A stretch of DNA of 62,282 nucleotides, filler included. It is 5 parts of 5 records of this genome, joined end to end, with 100 filler letters (N's around TTAATTAATTAA, not from the genome) between each part and the next. Parts side by side here need not be neighbours in the genome. Positions count along the whole stretch, not along the records: positions 29,508 to 53,580 come from SRR2962707_5375; 4 more parts are not named here. One strand, written 5' to 3'. The notes beneath the pieces were generated by a model. That model ran no database searches. It worked only from the letters and a program-made list of their open reading frames with translations, and was not told where the DNA came from. Both the position numbers and the translations under genes were made by a program. Below are positions 29,560-38,758 of the stretch, piece after piece. Position 1 is the stretch's first letter, and every line of letters begins with the position of its first letter.

Positions 29560-29946
29560 ATGTTTGAGCAGCTAGAAGTGTTCAGTATGTCTTCTGCCAT
29601 GGCGGTCCACGCGGGCCAGCGCCAGGCGGTCATCTCGCAGAATGTAGCGAATGCAGATACGCCGAATTATATCGCGAAAGATATCCCAGATTTCCGGACA
29701 ACATATCGAACTGATCCAATGTCACTGTCGCAGCGTGCGACCCGGGCTGGCCACTTGAATGGATCGGTAGTCGGGTCACGGGATATCGAAAGTTTCGAAG
29801 CTGGGGCTGAAGCCTCCCCGAACGGAAATGCCGTTTCTCTTGAAACAGAAATATTGAAGTCGGTGGAGGCAAAGCGGCAGCATGACCGCGCTTTGGCCAT
29901 ATATAAGTCCGCTCTTAGCGTTTTACGCACCGCCATCAGCAAATAG
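29560..29946 (+). CDS. flgB: Flagellar basal-body rod protein FlgB
   Basis: RQAVISQNVANADTPNY, PNGNAVSLETE. Confidence 0.93.
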   Translation: MFEQLEVFSMSSAMAVHAGQRQAVISQNVANADTPNYIAKDIPDFRTTYRTDPMSLSQRATRAGHLNGSVVGSRDIESFEAGAEASPNGNAVSLETEILKSVEAKRQHDRALAIYKSALSVLRTAISK

Positions 29947-29956
29947 GGGCATATTA

Positions 29957-30349
29957 ATGAGCGATTTTTCTAAATCCCTTGAGGTATCCTCCAGTGGCTT
30001 GCGGGCTCAGGCAAATCGACTGCGCCACCTGTCGGAAAATATTTCAAACTCCGACACGCCTGGATATCGGAGAAAGCTGGTCTCGTTTGAAACGGCATTC
30101 GGATCCGGAAATGCCGCTGCAACCGTGAAAACCGGACCGGTTCGCTTGGACCAGAGCGTCTTGGAAACCGTTTATGACCCATCACATCCGCTCGCGAATG
30201 AAGTGGGCGAATATGAAGGTTCAAACGTTAACCTTTTAATAGAACTGAGCGACGCCAAAGAAGCGCAGCGCAGTTACGAAGCGAACCTGAAGATGTTCGA
30301 ACAGACGCGCAAAATGTCAGCAGGACTGATGGACCTATTGCGCCGTTAA
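29957..30349 (+). CDS. flgC: Flagellar basal-body rod protein FlgC
   Basis: SENISNSDTPGYRRK, YDPSHPLA, AQRSYEANL. Confidence 0.94.
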   Translation: MSDFSKSLEVSSSGLRAQANRLRHLSENISNSDTPGYRRKLVSFETAFGSGNAAATVKTGPVRLDQSVLETVYDPSHPLANEVGEYEGSNVNLLIELSDAKEAQRSYEANLKMFEQTRKMSAGLMDLLRR

Positions 30350-30372
30350 CCTAAAAACAAAGGAGATCCAGA

Positions 30373-30654
30373 ATGGATATCAAAGCAATTTCCGCCGCTC
30401 AGAAATACTCTGCAGCCAAACCGGCTGTCCTCGCGGATGAGAACGCCTCGTCACTCTTACAGGATGCGGCTTCTGATTTCGCTCAGGTTCTCGCCAAAAG
30501 CGAGGCTGCGGCCAAAGAATCTATGATCGGCGATGCTGATCCGCATGCGCTGGTGCAAGCGTTGGCGCAAACCGAACTGGTCGTCGAGACTGCAATCGCG
30601 GTGCGCAATAAAGTGGTCGAGGCTTATCAGGAAATTCTGCGGATGCCTGTGTAA
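30373..30654 (+). CDS. fliE: Flagellar hook-basal body protein FliE
   Basis: VRNKVVEAYQEILRMPV C-terminus. Confidence 0.95.
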   Translation: MDIKAISAAQKYSAAKPAVLADENASSLLQDAASDFAQVLAKSEAAAKESMIGDADPHALVQALAQTELVVETAIAVRNKVVEAYQEILRMPV

Positions 30655-30923
30655 TGCTGAACGAAGTCGTTTTCTACGACACAATGCGGCAGGGGTTATG
30701 GGTTGCCTTAACCATCTCGGTCCCAATTCTTACGGTGGCATTGATAACAGGTGTGGCAATCGGCTTGGTTCAGGCCCTGACATCGATTCAGGAAATGACT
30801 CTTACTTTCGTCCCAAAGCTTGCCGCCATTGGTGCGGTCTTTTGGGTCTCGATGAGCTTCATGACCGAAGCGCTCGTTTCGTTTTTTCATGACCGTATCG
30901 TTCCCCTGATTATTGGAGGCTAA
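30654..30923 (+). CDS. fliQ: Flagellar export protein FliQ
   Basis: QALTSIQEMTLTFVPK. Confidence 0.96.
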   Translation: MLNEVVFYDTMRQGLWVALTISVPILTVALITGVAIGLVQALTSIQEMTLTFVPKLAAIGAVFWVSMSFMTEALVSFFHDRIVPLIIGG

Positions 30924-31637
30924 ATGGACAACTCAAGCTATACTATCCTGACGCGCCAAACCGGTCTTGCCAGAGAGTTGCAGGTCGTAGCGAATAACAT
31001 CGCGAACTTGGCCACCACCGGATTTCGGTCCGAAGGGGTCATTTTTTCGGAATATATTCAGGGTGTTACTCATGGAGAATCTTTGTCCATGGGCATGGGC
31101 AACGTGCATAATACCGACTTTGCGCAAGGTGTTCTGACACAAACAGGCGGCAGCCTTGATTTCGGGATCGAAGGTGACGGCTATTTCTTGGTCGAAACAC
31201 CAAGAGGCGAGCGGCTAACGCGTGCCGGCGCGTTTGCGGCGAATGCGCAAGGTGAGCTGGTTACTTACGACGGCTTTCGCGTGTTGGATGCTGGCGGTGC
31301 ACCGATATTTGTCCCGTCTGATGCGGGCCCGCTGTCGGTTTCTTCGGACGGTACGCTAAGTGTCAACGGTGCCCCGATTGCCCAACTGGGTGTTGTACGG
31401 CCCAACGCACCGCTGGATCTGGTTCGCGAAGATGGGGTGATGTTTCGTGCAGATGCAGGTTTTGAGCAGGCACAGGATGCACGTGTCGCCCAGGGGTTTA
31501 CCGAAGGATCCAACGTCAATTCCGTGGGGCAACTTGCGCGGATGATCGAGGTGCAGCGCGCCTATGAAATGGGCCAGAGCTTTCTTGAAAGTGAAGACGA
31601 AAGAGTGCGCACTGCTTTGAAAACACTGTCTCAGTAA
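30924..31637 (+). CDS. flgF: Flagellar rod protein FlgF
   Basis: VANNIANLATTGF, TRAGAF, EGSNVN, MIEVQRAYE; precedes flgG. Confidence 0.92.
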   Translation: MDNSSYTILTRQTGLARELQVVANNIANLATTGFRSEGVIFSEYIQGVTHGESLSMGMGNVHNTDFAQGVLTQTGGSLDFGIEGDGYFLVETPRGERLTRAGAFAANAQGELVTYDGFRVLDAGGAPIFVPSDAGPLSVSSDGTLSVNGAPIAQLGVVRPNAPLDLVREDGVMFRADAGFEQAQDARVAQGFTEGSNVNSVGQLARMIEVQRAYEMGQSFLESEDERVRTALKTLSQ

Positions 31638-31665
31638 CTTGAAATGAAGATATCGGAGTAGCCAA

Positions 31666-32451
31666 ATGCGAGCCTTAAAAATTGCCGCCACTGGAATGAG
31701 CGCACAGCAGATGCGTGTCGAAACCATTTCGAACAACCTCGCGAATATGAGCACAACTGGCTATAATGCACGCCGTGCTGAGTTCTCGGATTTGCATTAT
31801 CAGCAGCTCGCCAGGGCCGGATCAATTAACGCGTCGGATGGGACGGTGCTACCCACGGGCGTTCAGCTTGGCTTGGGGGTCCGGCCAGCTGCCGTCTCGA
31901 TACAGTTGGCGCAGGGTGCGTTGTCCGCGACGGGCGGTGATCTGGATGTCGCTATTGAAGGAAAAGGCTATTTCGAAGTTACCCTTCCGTCTGGGCAGGT
32001 AGCGTTCACGCGTGATGGTGGCCTCAAACGGACCGGAGAGGGCCTGATCGTTACGTCCGATGGCTTCCCGGTTTCGCCTGAAATCGTAATTCCAGAGGAC
32101 GCTCGAAGTATTTCGATAAATTCAGGTGGCGAAGTTTTTGCCTACTTCGACGGAAATACGGCGGGCCAATTGTTAGGCCAGTTTACCATGTCAGGCTTTA
32201 GCAACGCCAAGGGCTTGGAAGCTTTGGGCGGCAACCTGTTTATCGAGACAGAAGCATCCGGGCCGGCGCTTGCATCCACACCGGGTTTGAACGGTTTGGG
32301 ATCGCTGCGACAAGGCTATCTCGAGGATAGCTCTGTCGACGCTGTCCGCGAGATTACCGAACTGATTGAAGCACAGCGTGGCTACGAAATGAATGCCAAG
32401 GTCATTTCGGCAGCAGATCAAATGATGGGCGCGACGACTCAGATCCGATGA
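31666..32451 (+). CDS. flgG: Flagellar distal rod protein FlgG
   Basis: ISNNLANMSTTGY, GVQLGLGV, LIEAQRGYEMNAKVI. Confidence 0.96.
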   Translation: MRALKIAATGMSAQQMRVETISNNLANMSTTGYNARRAEFSDLHYQQLARAGSINASDGTVLPTGVQLGLGVRPAAVSIQLAQGALSATGGDLDVAIEGKGYFEVTLPSGQVAFTRDGGLKRTGEGLIVTSDGFPVSPEIVIPEDARSISINSGGEVFAYFDGNTAGQLLGQFTMSGFSNAKGLEALGGNLFIETEASGPALASTPGLNGLGSLRQGYLEDSSVDAVREITELIEAQRGYEMNAKVISAADQMMGATTQIR

Positions 32452-32870
32452 TCAAGTTGCTTTATTTTATATTGCCCTTTGTTTTGGCGTCATCCTGTTG
32501 GGCCGATATTGTTGTGCCCACGCGAACCATCAGGGCAGATGCAATTATTCGTGAGAACGATGTGGCTTTGCATCGAGGTCAGAACCAAGATGTGTTCGAT
32601 CAGTTGAACCTTGTGATCGGCCAAGAAGCACGTGTTGCTCTCTATGCCGGTCGCCCTATCCGGTTTGATGAAATTGGCCCCCCCGCAATTATCAATAGAA
32701 ATCAAATAGTTGGCGCATTTTTTAAGGGCAATGGGTTGCGAATTGCGACTGAGGTGCGGGCATTAGAGAGGGGCGGAGTGGGGGACTACATCCGAGTTAT
32801 GAACCTTGCCTCGCGCGCGACGATTTTTGGGCAGGTGTTGCCGGACGGGTCAATTCAGATAGCAAATTGA
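32448..32870 (+). CDS. flgA: P-ring formation chaperone FlgA
   Basis: Signal peptide, SAF-like region, IRVMNLASR; located between flgG and flgH. Confidence 0.9.
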   Translation: MIKLLYFILPFVLASSCWADIVVPTRTIRADAIIRENDVALHRGQNQDVFDQLNLVIGQEARVALYAGRPIRFDEIGPPAIINRNQIVGAFFKGNGLRIATEVRALERGGVGDYIRVMNLASRATIFGQVLPDGSIQIAN

Positions 32871-32879
32871 GAACTGAGT

Positions 32880-33608
32880 ATGCAAAAGATCACTCTATTT
32901 ATCAGTATTTTTGTCAGTCTGACTGGCTGTACACGATTTGATCATGTCGGCCGCGCGCCTGCCTTTAGTGAGGCACTGCAAGGGCCCGAACACAGCGCGA
33001 TGGTTTATGATGTTTTACCTATGCGCCTTGAACCCGAGCGTTTGGTAGATGAATCGTCGCTTTGGTCCGGCGGGCGGAATTCGCTGCTGGGTGATCGCCG
33101 GGCAATGCAACGCGGCGACATCATGACTGTCGTTGTTGAAATCAACGAAAATGCCGAAATTTCTAATCAAAGCGACCGCTCCCGTACCGGCTCTGAATCA
33201 CTCTCAGTGCCGGGGCTTTTCGGTATTCCGCAGCGCTTGGAGCAAAAATTGCCCGATGGTGCGACCTCTGCTGATTTGGTGGGCCTTAGTTCGAATAGTA
33301 GTTCTTCGGGCGACGGGTCGGTAAAGCGGAAAGAAAAATTAACGCTCAGGGTCGCCGCAACGGTCGTGGATGTTTTGCCAAACGGGGTTCTGTCCATCGA
33401 GGGTACTCAAGAGCTGCGGGTGAACTTTGAACTGCGCGAGCTTTTGGTGACGGGCTTTGTTCGACCCGAGGATATCTCGCGCCAGAATGAAATCACCTAT
33501 GACAAAATTGCTTCTGCGCGTGTGTCCTACGGCGGGCGCGGCCAGATCAGCGATATGCAACAGCCAAGACTAGGCCAACAAATTCTTGATGCCGTCCTCC
33601 CCTTCTAG
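32880..33608 (+). CDS. flgH: Flagellar L-ring protein FlgH
   Basis: Lipobox LTGC, DRRA...GDIMTV, VLPNG, GFVRPEDI, IASARVSYGGRG. Confidence 0.96.
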   Translation: MQKITLFISIFVSLTGCTRFDHVGRAPAFSEALQGPEHSAMVYDVLPMRLEPERLVDESSLWSGGRNSLLGDRRAMQRGDIMTVVVEINENAEISNQSDRSRTGSESLSVPGLFGIPQRLEQKLPDGATSADLVGLSSNSSSSGDGSVKRKEKLTLRVAATVVDVLPNGVLSIEGTQELRVNFELRELLVTGFVRPEDISRQNEITYDKIASARVSYGGRGQISDMQQPRLGQQILDAVLPF

Positions 33609-33619
33609 AGAAAGCCGTT

Positions 33620-34126
33620 ATGAAAAAGCTTCTACCCATAATCGTGTTAATTATAACTGCCGCAATTGGAGTTGCTGCTGGCAAGTTTTTGCAGCCGACA
33701 CCCGAGATAGAGGTTGCAGAGGCACCGATCGGGGAGGCCGAAGCAGAAGAGCCACAGGCGATCAGATATCCAAGCCCACCACCTAGAGATCCAGGCGAAG
33801 TTATCGAGTATGTGAAGCTAAACAATCAGTTCGTGGTTCCGATCGTTGTCGACGAACGTGTTGCTTCACTGATCGTAATTTCCCTAAGTATTGAGACAAC
33901 AGATACGAAAAAAGATGACGTTTTGCGTAAGGAGCCTAAATTACGTGACTCCTTCCTGCAGGTGTTGTTCACCCATGCAAACTTGGGGGGGTTCAACGGC
34001 GAATTCACAAGAGCGGACAAACTTAATAGTTTGAGGCGTTTGCTTCTTGAGATTGCGCAACGCGATGTCGGAAAAGAAGCCGTTTATGATGTATTAATAC
34101 TCGAGATCGCACGCCAAGATTATTGA
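33620..34126 (+). CDS. fliL: FliL-family protein
   Basis: N-terminal TM, YVKLNNQFVVP, EPKLRDSFLQ. Confidence 0.85.
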   Translation: MKKLLPIIVLIITAAIGVAAGKFLQPTPEIEVAEAPIGEAEAEEPQAIRYPSPPPRDPGEVIEYVKLNNQFVVPIVVDERVASLIVISLSIETTDTKKDDVLRKEPKLRDSFLQVLFTHANLGGFNGEFTRADKLNSLRRLLLEIAQRDVGKEAVYDVLILEIARQDY

Positions 34127-34248
34127 CCTGAAGAATGCGTACGCGTGCTGCGTCGAATGGATATCAGCAATATCCGACAGTTCGTGCTAATCAAAGCGTC
34201 CGCCGCCAGGGGGCAAAGTGGCTCAGGCTTGTCGGTCCGGGTTGCGGC

Positions 34249-34671
34249 TCAACTAAGATGCGTTCGGGTTAAGCTTTCAATCGCCTGAGCCAAAGACTTC
34301 TCTTGCAACATGTTCGTGTGTTTAAGGCGCATCTTTTTGCCAAGGTCGCGGGTGACCGAAAGCTTGCCGAACGCTTCTCGGACCTGTTTGAGGTTTCGGT
34401 CTTTAACCGCGAGAACTTGAGCAAGCTCGATGTTCAGTTGGGTCTTTTGCCGACCCACCCACGCGTTCCAAGCAACATCAGCGCCTATAGATCGCATCTC
34501 AAAGCGCGCACTGTCAATTTTACAGCTTTCTTGGTGCCTGCTGTCTAATTCTGCGATGTCTGACCGTAGCTGTGCCTCTTGCAGGATTAATTTACGAAAC
34601 TCTTTCTGTTTCTTTTCGTATTGAATTTCAAATATCTTCTCAATTTCTAGAAGTTGCTTCTCCTGTTTCAT
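34249..34671 (-). CDS. Conserved coiled-coil flagellar-cluster protein (possibly FliJ-like)
   Basis: 140 aa, helical, GADVAWNAW; overlaps the flhB stop. Confidence 0.65.
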   Translation of the reverse strand: MKQEKQLLEIEKIFEIQYEKKQKEFRKLILQEAQLRSDIAELDSRHQESCKIDSARFEMRSIGADVAWNAWVGRQKTQLNIELAQVLAVKDRNLKQVREAFGKLSVTRDLGKKMRLKHTNMLQEKSLAQAIESLTRTHLS

Positions 34672-35753
34672 ACTCGGCCCCGTGCCTTCAAACGCATCGC
34701 TTCTGCGAAACGGATCGCAGCCGCAACTGCGGGGAAATGGTCCGGCGTGATCATTTCGCCGATATCCGTTGTCGCATATAATGCTCGCGCTGTGGGTGGA
34801 TCACTGTGAATCGGAACATTTGCTTCAGTTGCAGCTGAGCGTATCGCCTTGGCTATCTCATCTACACCTTTAGCAACGCAAACCGGTGCCTCGCCAGGCA
34901 GTCTGCTCCAAGTCAAAGCAACCGCATAGTGAGTAGGGTTGACGATAATAACGTCCGCGGTTGGAATATCGGCCATCATTTGGCTTTGCGATATCAGCAT
35001 CGCCCTTTGTCGGCGCTCCTGCTTTAGATGTGGGTCACCCTCCGAGTTTTTCTGTTCGTCTTGGATCTCTTTTCGCGACATCCTGTTTTTTCTTAGGTGT
35101 TCGAAATGTTGCCAAAGTGCATCCACCGAACCAATGCCGGCCGATACCAAGACGGCGATTAGCAAGAAATCCAAGCTCAGCTTTACCATGAGGGCGATGG
35201 CGGTTTGATGGTCGGTTCGCAATACGGCGATAATGTTTGGCATGCGTGAAGAAATAAATGCTGCCAAGCATGCCGAATATATACAAAGTTTGAGAAAGCT
35301 TTTGGCAAATTCGAACAAGCCGTTTCGACCAAACTTGTTTTTTGCGTTTGAGATAAGAGAAATCCGGGAAAGCTTTGGTGCCAGCTTTGACGGGGCAAAT
35401 ACTAACGCTTTTTGAACAAATATTGCTGCGACCACAAAAATTGCTGGCAACCCAAAGATGGGCAGCATCGCTAGAAAAATGATCTCTAAAAGCCCGCCCG
35501 ATACGCTAAAAGCAGATCCCTCGAAGAAGACTTGGATGAGGTCCGGAGCTTGTTTTTGCAGTGAAATTAGCGCTGTAGCTAGGTTGTCGACAGCGTTTTG
35601 GCCTAGGAAGCTAATTGATATGAATAGCCCAGCATAAGCGGCGGCGGTGAAAAGGTCCGTTGATTTTGGAACGTCCCCCTTTCTTCGGGCCTCGGCAAGC
35701 TTTTCGGCCGTCGCTTCAAAGGACTTCTCTTGATCGTCATCTTGGTCGCTCAT
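34668..35753 (-). CDS. flhB: Flagellar export protein FlhB
   Basis: ARRKGDVPKS, EGDPHLK, autocleavage motif NPTH. Confidence 0.97.
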   Translation of the reverse strand: MSDQDDDQEKSFEATAEKLAEARRKGDVPKSTDLFTAAAYAGLFISISFLGQNAVDNLATALISLQKQAPDLIQVFFEGSAFSVSGGLLEIIFLAMLPIFGLPAIFVVAAIFVQKALVFAPSKLAPKLSRISLISNAKNKFGRNGLFEFAKSFLKLCIYSACLAAFISSRMPNIIAVLRTDHQTAIALMVKLSLDFLLIAVLVSAGIGSVDALWQHFEHLRKNRMSRKEIQDEQKNSEGDPHLKQERRQRAMLISQSQMMADIPTADVIIVNPTHYAVALTWSRLPGEAPVCVAKGVDEIAKAIRSAATEANVPIHSDPPTARALYATTDIGEMITPDHFPAVAAAIRFAEAMRLKARGRV

Positions 35754-36523
35754 GGACGCGCATGGAAAGGGTTAAGGGTGAAAAAGTTCAGGGCTTCCAG
35801 CCAGGTTTGGAGCAAGACAGGGGTGGCCATGAAAAGAATAAACAAGCCACCGGCGGTAATGAGCGGAGCACCGACAAAGGCAACCATCAGTTGAGGCATC
35901 GCTTTGTTGATCACACCAAGAGCAAGGTTGTATAGTAATGACAGGACGACAAACGGGGCGGAAAGCGTAAACGCGAGTGAAAAAGCGAGGCTGATCTGGC
36001 GTACACCCCACATGGACAGATCAGCGGCGTTGGGGAAGCTTCCAATCGGGAACATCTGATAAGAAAATATCATCAACTGTGCAGCTCTGATATGCAGACC
36101 GGTCGTGACTGCCAGCGCGAACGCGGCAAAAACCAATATATAGCCCATTGCTGGAACCGGTTCCGATGCCGCGCCTCCTAAGATTTGTGATAGGGATGTT
36201 GATTGGGCTGCTATTGATCCTGCCGTTTGAAGGGCGAGTATAAATAGCCGCAACCCGATCCCCAGCAATAGCCCGTTGAACGTTTCTGCGAGCGCATGGC
36301 TGATGTAGGCACCGAGATCGTTTGGGTTTGATACGGTCGATACTGCGGGCGCGACGATTAATGTGAAAGAAAGCGCGATAACAATTTTTATCCGCGTGGG
36401 TATAATGGCTTCGCCAAAAGCGGGCATAAGTGAAACTATGGCACCTACTCGAAGGAAAACGATAAATCCGTGCCAGAAGCCATCACGTATGAGTGCGTGT
36501 AAGGGCTCCAGACTGGCGATCAC
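35750..36523 (-). CDS. fliR: Flagellar export protein FliR
   Basis: FLRVG...MPAFGE..IP.RIK, INKAMPQL. Confidence 0.95.
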   Translation of the reverse strand: MIASLEPLHALIRDGFWHGFIVFLRVGAIVSLMPAFGEAIIPTRIKIVIALSFTLIVAPAVSTVSNPNDLGAYISHALAETFNGLLLGIGLRLFILALQTAGSIAAQSTSLSQILGGAASEPVPAMGYILVFAAFALAVTTGLHIRAAQLMIFSYQMFPIGSFPNAADLSMWGVRQISLAFSLAFTLSAPFVVLSLLYNLALGVINKAMPQLMVAFVGAPLITAGGLFILFMATPVLLQTWLEALNFFTLNPFHARP

Positions 36524-38607
36524 GCTTTAACGACCCCAACCAATGCAGGGCGCGCATCCGGGCCAATCTCTTCAAACGAAAGGACGGGATTTGATATGCC
36601 CCTAGACTGCATGACGGTCTTCAGGAACCTGCGCCGCTTTGTATTGGTAACAACTGCCGCGAAAATACCGTTGTGACTGGCTTCAGACAGGCATTCCGCA
36701 ACGCCGTCGGCGAGGTTGTTAAAGACATCGGGCGGCAAAGCAATGTCGAGGCTTCTATCTGATCCAATTTGATACTCGTCGAACCGTTGCTCCCATTCCG
36801 GATCAAGTTGGATGAGCGGTAATGTCCCATCTTGGCGCCGCAGCTCAGCGACAAGTTGAAAGCCGAGTTTCTGTCGAACATGCTCGCAGATCGCTTGTAT
36901 TTGCGAATTGCTGGCACGTGCCTCGGCAATCGCCTCTAGTATCAAAGGCAGATTGCGGACGGAGACTTGTTCATCCAGCAGCAGGCGCAAGACATTGTGC
37001 AGCACATCAATGGGGACCTTGTCCGGTATAAGTTCGTCCAACAGCTTTCGGTTCGCCTCGGAACGCGCTTGATCGGACAGGTTGACCATCTCTGATAGGA
37101 GCCTACGAAGGGATTTGAGTGTCAAAAGTCTACTAAAATTCTGCTTAACGACTTCTAGTAAATGGGTCGCTAAAATCTCCGTTGGGGTAACTAGCGTGAT
37201 GCCAGCAAGGGCCGCTTCCTCTTGGTCACGGCTATTAATCCAGCGTGCGGGGGCCCCGTAGACGGGCTCTTGAGTGTCCTGACCGGATGGTAACATGCTT
37301 TTGTCATCCGGTGCCAAGGCAAGAACTTGATCCGCATTAAGCTGAGATCGCGCTTGCTCCACACCCTGAATCCTTATGACGTAGGTGCCCACTTCTAGGT
37401 TTGGCTGATCCGTGATCCGTATTTCAGGCAAAATGACGCCATAAACCGACGCGATATGGGTCCGCATGTTTCCAATTCGCGCATCAAGCCCTGTGCCAGG
37501 ATCCAAAACCATATTGATCAGGTCCGGCGCAAACTGCACGTGAATATCATCTAACTCTAGAATGTCGCCGATTTGTCTTGGCTTTGCCCTGATGGGTTCA
37601 TCATCGTCGAGAATGGAAATAGCGGCTGGAAGCTTCACCTTCTTGTAACTTAGGAAAGCGCTCAGAGCCAAAAGGGCTGCGCCTGAGACAAATGGTAAAA
37701 ACGGCAGGCCAGGAATCGCTGCGAAAATTAGCATAAGCAGAGCTACCGTTCCGAGAGCTGCTGGAAATCTCCCGAGTTGGCTAAGCATCGCGACGTCTGT
37801 CGCACCAATTGTCCCGCCTCTAGCTAACAATAATGCCGACGAGACGGATATGATTACGGCTGGGATCTGCGTTACCAAACCATCCCCAACCGTCAGAATC
37901 GCATAGGTTTCAAATGCTTTTCCTATTGGCATTCCATGGACGACGGCCCCCATCACCAATCCAGCGATCAAATTAAGCAACGTAATTAGTAAGCCGGCAA
38001 TAGCGTCCCCTTTGACAAATTTGGAAGCACCATCAAGTGATCCAAAAAACGTGGTTTCCAATTGTTCTTGCTCACGGCGTTGACGGGCCTCTTCATGTGT
38101 AATGGCACCGGCGGCCATGTCACTATCAATCGCCATTTGCCGGCCCGGCATCCCGTCCAGCGCAAACCGTGCCCCTACTTCGGCCATTCTGGTAGCACCC
38201 TTATTGATCACCATAAAATTAACGATCAACAGAACAGTAAAAACAACTAGTCCAAGAAATACTGATCCGCCCATAACGAATTGAGAGAACCCCTGAATTA
38301 CATCTCCGGCGGCATCGGTCCCTGTATGGCCTTGACCGATAATGAGTTTAGTGGACGAAACGTTTAAGGATAGCCGCAACATTAGTGATGCGAGAAGAAT
38401 TGTTGGGAAAGAGGAAAAGTCGAGGGGCCGGTCAATAAAAAGAGTGGTTGAAAATATAAGAATCGCTAATGCAAAAGATATTGCTAGACCTGCATCGAGC
38501 ACCCAAGAAGGCATTGGCAGAATCATCATGATAATGATTGCCATCAACGCCATCGCCAGAAAAACTGTAGGATTGAAGAGGGTACTTTTCTCGGTCGGCC
38601 TATTCAA
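36520..38607 (-). CDS. flhA: Flagellar export gate protein FlhA
   Basis: RMAEVGARFALDGMPGRQMAID, FFGSLDGASKFVKGDAIAG. Confidence 0.98.
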   Translation of the reverse strand: MNRPTEKSTLFNPTVFLAMALMAIIIMMILPMPSWVLDAGLAISFALAILIFSTTLFIDRPLDFSSFPTILLASLMLRLSLNVSSTKLIIGQGHTGTDAAGDVIQGFSQFVMGGSVFLGLVVFTVLLIVNFMVINKGATRMAEVGARFALDGMPGRQMAIDSDMAAGAITHEEARQRREQEQLETTFFGSLDGASKFVKGDAIAGLLITLLNLIAGLVMGAVVHGMPIGKAFETYAILTVGDGLVTQIPAVIISVSSALLLARGGTIGATDVAMLSQLGRFPAALGTVALLMLIFAAIPGLPFLPFVSGAALLALSAFLSYKKVKLPAAISILDDDEPIRAKPRQIGDILELDDIHVQFAPDLINMVLDPGTGLDARIGNMRTHIASVYGVILPEIRITDQPNLEVGTYVIRIQGVEQARSQLNADQVLALAPDDKSMLPSGQDTQEPVYGAPARWINSRDQEEAALAGITLVTPTEILATHLLEVVKQNFSRLLTLKSLRRLLSEMVNLSDQARSEANRKLLDELIPDKVPIDVLHNVLRLLLDEQVSVRNLPLILEAIAEARASNSQIQAICEHVRQKLGFQLVAELRRQDGTLPLIQLDPEWEQRFDEYQIGSDRSLDIALPPDVFNNLADGVAECLSEASHNGIFAAVVTNTKRRRFLKTVMQSRGISNPVLSFEEIGPDARPALVGVVKA

Positions 38608-38717
38608 TGAAGCTGTCCTTACTTCGACGTGGAGAAGTTGCTAAAGTACATGCTGGTACCTGACGGGAATAGATTTAGACTATCAGGTTGCGAGCGATCT
38701 ATTTGAAATCCAGAAGT

Positions 38718-38733
38718 TTAAAGATGCTTTGAC
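38718..38733. promoter_or_regulatory. CtrA-like box upstream of flhA
   Basis: TTAA-AGATGCT-TTGAC. Confidence 0.5.
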
Positions 38734-38758
38734 TTGGATCTAAGAGGCTTAGTCAATT

